Source of the DNA: an uncultured Bacteroidota bacterium
Lineage (GTDB): Bacteria > Bacteroidota > Bacteroidia > NS11-12g > UBA9320
Direction: 5' to 3'
Assembly (NCBI GenBank): GCA_913050005.1
Contig: CAJXBI010000002.1
Span: 9,540 to 73,539, forward strand
DNA length: 64,000 nucleotides
Shown here: piece after piece, positions 57,755 to 64,000 of the stretch
Layout of the letters: the number at the start of each line of letters is the position of its first letter
Position numbering within the stretch: the first letter of the stretch is position 1
The notes under the pieces: generated by a model
The model's database searches: none
What the model was told of the DNA's origin: nothing
Seen by the model: the letters and a program-made list of their open reading frames with translations, nothing else
Made by a program: the position numbers and the translations under genes

Positions 57755-58224
57755 TACAAACTAACTTCTAAAATTTCAAATTGAATCACACCTGCAGGAA
57801 CTTGAATATCAACAATGTCACCTACTTTACGACCCATTAAACCTTCTCCAATAGGAGATTTTACAGAAATTTTATGTTCTTTTAAGTTAGACTCACTTTC
57901 AGCAACAATGAAATAAGTAACTTCTTTATTGAACTTCTTATTCATCAATCTGACTTTAGTTTGGATATTCACCTTACTCAAGTCTAAATCCTTTGGATTA
58001 ATCACTCTAGAACTGGCAAGTGTGTTTTTAAGCTTTGAAATTTTCATTTCAAGGAGACCTTGAGCTTCTTTAGCTGCATCATACTCAGCGTTCTCGGAGA
58101 GATCACCTTTATCGCGGGCTTCAGCAATTTGATTACTTATTTTTTTTCGCTCTATTTTTTCGAGATGGGCTATCTGATCTTTCAGTGAATCAAATCCTTC
58201 TTTTGAGACGTAATTTATTGACAT
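57754..58224 (-). CDS. greA: Transcription elongation factor GreA
   Basis: N-terminal coiled coil carrying the acidic tip (DLSENAEYDAAKE) and a C-terminal globular domain. 156 aa. Confidence 0.9.
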   Translation of the reverse strand: MSINYVSKEGFDSLKDQIAHLEKIERKKISNQIAEARDKGDLSENAEYDAAKEAQGLLEMKISKLKNTLASSRVINPKDLDLSKVNIQTKVRLMNKKFNKEVTYFIVAESESNLKEHKISVKSPIGEGLMGRKVGDIVDIQVPAGVIQFEILEVSL

Positions 58225-58231
58225 TTTTTAT

Positions 58232-58261
58232 AAAAAGTATGCCCCACAACAATGTGTGAGG
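58232..58261 (-). terminator. Possible weak terminator after the barrel gene
   Basis: On the minus strand there is a 7-bp stem, CCUCACA..UGUGGGG, including one G-U pair, with a 6-nt loop. The sequence CAUACUUUUUA follows. The U-run is offset, so this call is marginal. Confidence 0.3.
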
Positions 58262-58293
58262 ATATAAGTTAAATTCTATATAATTAAAGACGA

Positions 58294-59373
58294 TTATTCT
58301 CCTAGGCTCAATCGAACTCCAAAAGAGTGTGATCCTCCAAATGGATTTGAATGTCTGTATGAATAATCTAAGCCAAAAGTATTGGCAGATTCTTTTTTCA
58401 GCGGAACCTCAAATGTAAATCCTCCCATAATACCCGTAAAAGCGTTCACTCGAGTTTCGTAACTTGTTATTCCATCTTCATATGCATATCCTACTCTAAC
58501 TTGAAACATGCTTTTATAAGCATATTCTGCACCTAGTGTGAACTGGTTATTAGCAAAAGCATTATTGGTAAAAGTAAATGCAGGAGTAAATCGATGAAAA
58601 TAAGTTTCATCGTTTTTATCTAACCTTAAGTCATAAGATGCGCTGATATTCATTAAGGTTGGAAGATTAAACTTTGCTGATCGTTGATTCACAGTGTATT
58701 CCACTTCTTTTAAGGGGTTTTGTAGCTTAGTTGATAAACCGTCTCCAGCATATCTTGCATCAGGACCAATATTCTTTAATGAAACACCAAATTTAACATC
58801 GTTATTTTTGACTTTACTTGTTTTACGGAGTGTTGTAATATATTGAATTCCTGCGTCTAGAGCTACACCTTGAGCTTTAGCATTTGTGATTGATTCTGAA
58901 AAAACCTTCACACCAATACCACCAGAAATTTCTTGTGTAAAACGCTTAGAATATGCAGCTGTGATATTTGTAAATCTTGGCTTATAGGTTCCAATTCCAC
59001 CGTCTGGCTGTTCATAAGTTGTAATAGGTATCTCTCCCAAATCATAGCTCATAATACTAACTCCAAGACCACCAGAACCCCCAATATTTTGAGCAAAGCC
59101 AAATGTATTGATGTTAATATCACTTCCCAACAACCATGAGGTTCGAGAAAAAATAATTTCAGTATTATTTGTATGAGCTAATCCACCAATGTTATTGTAA
59201 ACTGACTCCAATCCTTTGACACTGCTTACTGAAGCCCAGCCCCAGCCAGAACTTCTACCCCAACCATTAATATTTAATTGAGTAGCTCCTGCTTGTCCAA
59301 TTCTATCTGGATTGCCAGCTAAAATAGCTGTGGATACAGACAAAATGATTGCTAATATGATTGTTTTTTTCAT
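58294..59373 (-). CDS. Outer-membrane beta-barrel protein of the PorV/PorQ / FadL-like superfamily
   Basis: Signal peptide, then GNPDRIGQAGATQLNINGWGRSSGWGWASVSSVKGLESVYNNIGGLA, which resembles the PorV/FadL N-terminal pattern (GxAGA..L.I....R..G.G.A.......NPAGLA). Alternating amphipathic strands run throughout the 359 aa. Confidence 0.5.
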   Translation of the reverse strand: MKKTIILAIILSVSTAILAGNPDRIGQAGATQLNINGWGRSSGWGWASVSSVKGLESVYNNIGGLAHTNNTEIIFSRTSWLLGSDININTFGFAQNIGGSGGLGVSIMSYDLGEIPITTYEQPDGGIGTYKPRFTNITAAYSKRFTQEISGGIGVKVFSESITNAKAQGVALDAGIQYITTLRKTSKVKNNDVKFGVSLKNIGPDARYAGDGLSTKLQNPLKEVEYTVNQRSAKFNLPTLMNISASYDLRLDKNDETYFHRFTPAFTFTNNAFANNQFTLGAEYAYKSMFQVRVGYAYEDGITSYETRVNAFTGIMGGFTFEVPLKKESANTFGLDYSYRHSNPFGGSHSFGVRLSLGE

Positions 59374-59398
59374 TAATTTATTTTTTTAATTGGTGGTC

Positions 59399-62300
59399 CT
59401 AGAATGAATCTAAGTCTAACTCTCTCATAACTCCCATCCATTTCAAAATTTTCTCTCCTAAATCTCCAGCATCAATATGAATGATATATAATCCACTTGC
59501 AATTGGAACATTTGCGTTATTCTTAAGATTCCAATCTAATTCAGTAGTTATGTCGTCCTTTTTGATTCTTCTAACCAAAGCACCATCTAATGTATAGATC
59601 GATATTTCACATTTTTCTGGCAAGTTGGTTAACTTAACTCTATTGTCAATTGCACTTCCCTCATACCCAGAAAAAGCATAATAAGGATTAGGGACAATAT
59701 TTACTAAATCTAATGCCTTTTTACCATTTTTATCATTGATATCATTATAAATATCTTCCGTACTAAATTTATATTTAGGACGACCATCATTTACATCAGA
59801 AGTTTCTGGTGTCACTCCATAAGGCATTCCTACACGAAGTCTGATTTTGACCTCATTTGGGGGAACAGGAATTCCGTCCTCATTTTCAACCAAAAACTTA
59901 CCTGGTGACATCATAGCTGGTATTACCCAGTCACAGTTTTGGAATATTTTGGTAAGGGTAGATGAACGATTAGCAGTTGTCATTGAAGATAACATAGTAT
60001 AATATTCCTCACCTCCGTCATATATTGAAAGTTTCGGATGAATAGAACTTGCTATCCCTTGATGAGATCCCATCACATATATGAAGTGTCTTCCTCCAAA
60101 TGAGGCATAACTTCCGTTGAAAACGTCATTTCTATCAGTTGGATTCCACTTCATATCTCGGCCATTTTCACTTCGTTGATAAGAATCCTCACCCACCATG
60201 ATATTTAATCTTTCACCAGTATTGATATTAATTGCGTATCCTGGGAAAATAGTTTTTCCAGACTTTAAGTTATTCCCTCTGTATGACAGTGTTCCTGTTC
60301 GCATTGAGAACTTCTCTTTCTGATCTTGATTCAATCCTGGATCTTCTCCCAATTCTAACATTACACACTCACTCCATTTAGATTCGTCAGGTGTTAAAAC
60401 AATATCAACACTACTTAATTTTTCTAACCCTATACCTTGCATGGCTTGGTAGCCAAAAGTCATGGGTTGTACAAGTGTTTGTTGTCTACCTGGAGAAACT
60501 GCTTCTGATGTATTTGAAACTAATCGGTTAGGAGCAATTCTTCCCTCCCAAATCGACTCGAATTTTGCATCAGGGTCGAGTGCGTTCCCACCTGAAGAAT
60601 AATCGTGAAAGGATGGGTCATTAAACCCTTCTAATCTTCCATTTACTCCTGATCGAATCCAATCAAAAGCCCCAAATTGTCTAGCATTTCCTGCGTCATT
60701 ATCTCTAACAGCCGATAGCCATTCGTTACTTGGATCTGAAAAAGTAACTGACCAATCAATAAATCCATTTTCTAAATTTCGAACTGGATCTGCTCCTGGA
60801 GCAGCAACCTGACTTATCGTTACTGCCATACCCCAATCAAGAATACTATTACCTGTTGTTGAAGCCAAAATAATTTGCTCATTTTCATAGGCTAAACTTG
60901 TATCTGAAGTTACTGATTCACCTGTAGTTAGATTAGTCAGAATCCACCCAGTACTATCAGCCCATAGACTATCGTCGTCATTACCAGTATTTTGAGTAAT
61001 TCCTTTTGGAACAAGTGACAATTCAAATTCTCCAAGAGGTATTTTTAATGGATCAATAACCTTTATATCAACTGGCCCCATACCATTTTCATAAATTGGA
61101 TTGGCGACCAAATTGTTTTTTAGAATTTCTTCAATAACTTCTGGTTTAAGTTCCAATTCATTCATCCCATTGCCTTTTCCAGAAATACGTTGTAATTCTG
61201 GCCCATCACCATAAAATGATGGAACACTAGATCCACCAAACTTAGGCTCAAGTTTGTGTGGAGACGCTCTGAATTTTTTAATTTTTCGACCTGGCAAGTA
61301 AGGACGTGTATTGCTCTCTGCAGCTGCGTAAGACAGTACTATAAAATGATAGGTTTGGAAATTCACTAACGTTTTATTAGATCCTGTAGCAAACTGATCT
61401 TCAGTTATTTGAATAGTATGTGTTAAACCTTGATTATCTCCCCTTACTTTTAATACAGGTATTGGTGCTCCTACATCAAACTGAAACTCTTGATTAATTA
61501 ATACGTCAAAATTATCTTTTAAATCACACTGAAAGATTTCTCTAGCCTTGCTCAAATCATCTAATTCTGATAGACTTACACCACCATCTTTTAATTGAAA
61601 TACCCGATAACCTTGAAAACCAAAATACTCTTCTCGATTTGCTCCATCTAAAAGAGTGTCTTTATACTTTTCGACACGGTCTGTATTGGTTAAGCCTAAT
61701 GACAATACAATTTGTTGATCTTGTTCGTGCACTTCTACTTCTGGAGCATCTGGTCCATCAACTAAATCAAAACATGAATTAAACAACTCTTGTGCTCGAC
61801 TACTGGCTAATTTTAATAATTCAAGAGATCCAGTAGCTCCTCCAAAAGGTGCTCTTGCCCAAACTACTCCAACTGTTAATTTTTGAACAGCTCCTGGCTC
61901 TAATACAAATGGTCCAGAAGACTGAATAAAACGCCTGTCGGCAGGTTGATTCCCGGCTGCATTCTCATTCCAGTTATCGCCAGGATGAGTAGTATCCGTA
62001 TCAAAAGGGAACATCCAATCTGCTTTGGTACCATCAGTTCCAACTATTCCATTTCCTCCATACTGTATATCTGTACCAGTTCTCCATTTTCCTTGAAGAT
62101 AATTGTAAAAGTCAGTAGCAATAAAGGGGTTACCATTGATTTGGTTAGCATCATTATTATAGTAGACAAACTTGGTCATACCAAGTTCAACTTCTTCTTC
62201 TAATCCACTTGGACCAATTTGCTTAACTTTTGGTCCCTCAAAGAAATCCACTCCAACTGAAGGTGGATTTAAACCATATCCAAGTATTCCTTCATCATTA

Positions 62301-63247
62301 TCATCGCCATTATAACAAAAACCTAGAGAAAGACCAACATCACAACCAACATAATCATCAGCATAATTACCTAAATCGGCATCAACCCATTGACCAAAAT
62401 ATGTGTTATTTAATTCCGTTGCACCTCGGTTAGTAATTAATGTAGTATAAAAGGTCATATCATTGATTTCGTCATTAGTTGCAAAAGCAAATGCAGTAGT
62501 TTGCATCTCTACACCGATTGGATCACCTTGGGTTTCGGTATGGATATTTCCTTTATCATTATATATCCACCAAAGCATTTGATCAGGCTGATCTTCTGCT
62601 TCATTATCTATTTTTTGACCCCTACAAAAATTCTGCAGTACCGGATAGTCTAACCCGTTTTGTGGGTTGTAAATTCCATCACCATCTCCATCGTAAAAAG
62701 GAGCATATTCGCCAGGCCAATTTTCTATTTGCTCATTTACTACACCCGTAAAATTATTGGCGTGGTCAATAATATTCTTACCGTCTACTTTATATATTTT
62801 ATCCCATTCGTCGCATTGTGCTTTGGATGTATTACCAGTTGCTGGATCTAGGGGTCCTGGCCAAAAATCCGAACCACGTTGACGATAAGTCATTGCTGCT
62901 AGACGTAAATTTTCAGCTTGATCTAGTCCTCCAATCCAAATTGCTCCTGAAAAAAGACTATTTTTTCTCACTGCATTAACATCCACTAATTTAGGTATCT
63001 CATATCGTGCTGCATTTAAATCCCACCACATATCACCACCATTTAAAATCTTGGTTCGTACATTATTTATATCTAAATCAGCACTCTGAGTAGCAGGGTC
63101 ACAATCTGAACCAAATTTCATTTTCATACTAGCACTATTTTTCCTAGTAGTATTAGGTTCTTCTACCTCAATATTTTCTTTAGCAAATGCACTAAATGCA
63201 AATGAAATTGCAATAGCTATTATATATTTTCTCATCGATTTTTTCAT
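59399..63247 (-). CDS. Giant secreted protein of unknown function with a C-terminal T9SS/FlgD-Ig-like beta-sandwich tail
   Basis: 1282 aa with a signal peptide (AFSAFAKE). Asp-rich stretches include YDGDGDGIYNP, WVDADLGNYADDYVGCD and YNGDDNDEG. The C-terminal segment IVPNPYYAF...ISIYTLDGALV...LDWNLKNNANVPIASGLYIIHIDAGDLGEKILKW resembles a Por secretion tail and is followed by 11 extra residues ending in F. I recognise no catalytic motif. Confidence 0.6.
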   Translation of the reverse strand: MKKSMRKYIIAIAISFAFSAFAKENIEVEEPNTTRKNSASMKMKFGSDCDPATQSADLDINNVRTKILNGGDMWWDLNAARYEIPKLVDVNAVRKNSLFSGAIWIGGLDQAENLRLAAMTYRQRGSDFWPGPLDPATGNTSKAQCDEWDKIYKVDGKNIIDHANNFTGVVNEQIENWPGEYAPFYDGDGDGIYNPQNGLDYPVLQNFCRGQKIDNEAEDQPDQMLWWIYNDKGNIHTETQGDPIGVEMQTTAFAFATNDEINDMTFYTTLITNRGATELNNTYFGQWVDADLGNYADDYVGCDVGLSLGFCYNGDDNDEGILGYGLNPPSVGVDFFEGPKVKQIGPSGLEEEVELGMTKFVYYNNDANQINGNPFIATDFYNYLQGKWRTGTDIQYGGNGIVGTDGTKADWMFPFDTDTTHPGDNWNENAAGNQPADRRFIQSSGPFVLEPGAVQKLTVGVVWARAPFGGATGSLELLKLASSRAQELFNSCFDLVDGPDAPEVEVHEQDQQIVLSLGLTNTDRVEKYKDTLLDGANREEYFGFQGYRVFQLKDGGVSLSELDDLSKAREIFQCDLKDNFDVLINQEFQFDVGAPIPVLKVRGDNQGLTHTIQITEDQFATGSNKTLVNFQTYHFIVLSYAAAESNTRPYLPGRKIKKFRASPHKLEPKFGGSSVPSFYGDGPELQRISGKGNGMNELELKPEVIEEILKNNLVANPIYENGMGPVDIKVIDPLKIPLGEFELSLVPKGITQNTGNDDDSLWADSTGWILTNLTTGESVTSDTSLAYENEQIILASTTGNSILDWGMAVTISQVAAPGADPVRNLENGFIDWSVTFSDPSNEWLSAVRDNDAGNARQFGAFDWIRSGVNGRLEGFNDPSFHDYSSGGNALDPDAKFESIWEGRIAPNRLVSNTSEAVSPGRQQTLVQPMTFGYQAMQGIGLEKLSSVDIVLTPDESKWSECVMLELGEDPGLNQDQKEKFSMRTGTLSYRGNNLKSGKTIFPGYAININTGERLNIMVGEDSYQRSENGRDMKWNPTDRNDVFNGSYASFGGRHFIYVMGSHQGIASSIHPKLSIYDGGEEYYTMLSSMTTANRSSTLTKIFQNCDWVIPAMMSPGKFLVENEDGIPVPPNEVKIRLRVGMPYGVTPETSDVNDGRPKYKFSTEDIYNDINDKNGKKALDLVNIVPNPYYAFSGYEGSAIDNRVKLTNLPEKCEISIYTLDGALVRRIKKDDITTELDWNLKNNANVPIASGLYIIHIDAGDLGEKILKWMGVMRELDLDSF

Positions 63248-63274
63248 TGATTTTTTATTATATAGTATGAATAA

Positions 63275-64000
63275 TTAGAAGTAAACTCTTAAACCTAATC
63301 TAACTAATCTTGGGACTTCATAAAAATACGGGCTCTCTACTTTTGCGTTATACAATGCCATGTAGGATTGAGTGTTTACAGCGTTATTTGCTTCTTGAAT
63401 ACCTTGAGGGGAACTCAGCCAACCGTCGCTATTTGCTAAACCACTAAACCCATATACACGTTGAATATTTCTAGTATTTAGTAGATTCTGAATCCATAAA
63501 AATGCTTGAATCTGCATTGACTGTCTTCTAAAGTTATCTTTGGGATTCTTCTTTTTGACATCAAAATTCTTAGTAAAATTAGCATCAATTTTAAACTGCC
63601 ATGGCAATCTTGAACCAAACGGGTTGCCATCAAGTGATTGTCTTTGTGCAGTCCCTGATGCAGCACTCGCTATTGGGTTTATGTAAGCTGAGTATGGCTC
63701 TCCAGACTTAGTTGAAATAATAAAATTTGCACCAAAATTTTGAAGAACTCTTTTGTCAAACCAAATAGGTCCTGTATAATCGTTTCCTCCCTTAAATCGA
63801 TAATCCAAAACAGCTGTCAATTGATGTCTTATATCACGTTGAGTTGGATAAAGTGACCTTAGGTTAGGCTGACCAGCTTGTATAAGAGCTGCAGCAGAAT
63901 TAATATTTGATCCAGTACCGTCCGCGAATAAGAGTGAGTAATTTAATCCAAGTGATGCCCTCCCTTGACCTCTTAATTCATATTCTGCTCTGAAGTTTTT
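63275..64000 (-). CDS. TonB-dependent receptor, C-terminal part (gene runs off the right window edge)
   Basis: The frame stays open on the minus strand from position 64000. My translation begins KNFRAEYELRGQGRASLGLNYSLLFADGTGSNINSAAALIQAGQPNLRSLYPTQRDIRHQL and continues into the track ORF. It ends in the barrel-closing motif VRLGLRVYF with a terminal Phe. The M at 63820 in the track is an internal TTG. Confidence 0.75.
   Translation of the reverse strand, partial: KNFRAEYELRGQGRASLGLNYSLLFADGTGSNINSAAALIQAGQPNLRSLYPTQRDIRHQLTAVLDYRFKGGNDYTGPIWFDKRVLQNFGANFIISTKSGEPYSAYINPIASAASGTAQRQSLDGNPFGSRLPWQFKIDANFTKNFDVKKKNPKDNFRRQSMQIQAFLWIQNLLNTRNIQRVYGFSGLANSDGWLSSPQGIQEANNAVNTQSYMALYNAKVESPYFYEVPRLVRLGLRVYF

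Noticed and set aside
59399-63247. I considered that the 1282-aa protein and the following barrel are the canonical T9SS pair PorU (sortase) and PorV. That pair has a similar size and order.
   Set aside because: I could not find a gingipain/C25-type His-Cys catalytic context or the usual PorU N-terminal pattern. The barrel is shorter and more divergent than typical PorV. A TonB-dependent receptor lies immediately upstream. This cannot be excluded without an HMM search, so it is listed as the main refutation test.

Overview
The window looks like an AT-rich chromosomal segment of a Bacteroidota genome, Flavobacteriia-like. Three things support this. Several secreted proteins carry type IX secretion (T9SS) C-terminal sorting domains. 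Exact TAnnTTTG -7 promoter boxes sit upstream of many genes. The F-type ATP synthase genes are split into atpBEFHAG and atpDC. Most of the content is ordinary core housekeeping: ATP synthase, alaS, gatB, gltA, pyrE, coaD, rsmD, pdxJ, ruvC, greA, mtaB, PBP1A, an SRP RNA and efflux components. I found no CRISPR array, transposase, integrase, phage gene, rRNA or tRNA. I also found no recognisable defence or toxin system, so I do not claim a clearly novel system.

The best leads, all of which need database or structure checks, are:
1. A tightly packed outer-membrane trio cut by the right edge of the window: a TonB-dependent receptor, an unassignable 1282-aa protein with a T9SS-type tail, and a PorV/FadL-like barrel.
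2. A translationally coupled NodB-like deacetylase and QxxRW GT2 pair, followed by one of two divergent Lgt paralogs, next to a DAG-kinase-family lipid kinase.
3. A second QxxRW GT2 coupled to an MprF-type flippase-like membrane protein and an 89-aa protein.
4. An M23 peptidase and a bactofilin fused transcriptionally to the atp operon.
5. Several small non-coding signals: phased GTTAAC repeats before a two-component operon, a TGTAAATT repeat cluster, and hairpins.

Several starts in the ORF track appear to overshoot. I trimmed them using conserved N-termini and promoter-box positions.
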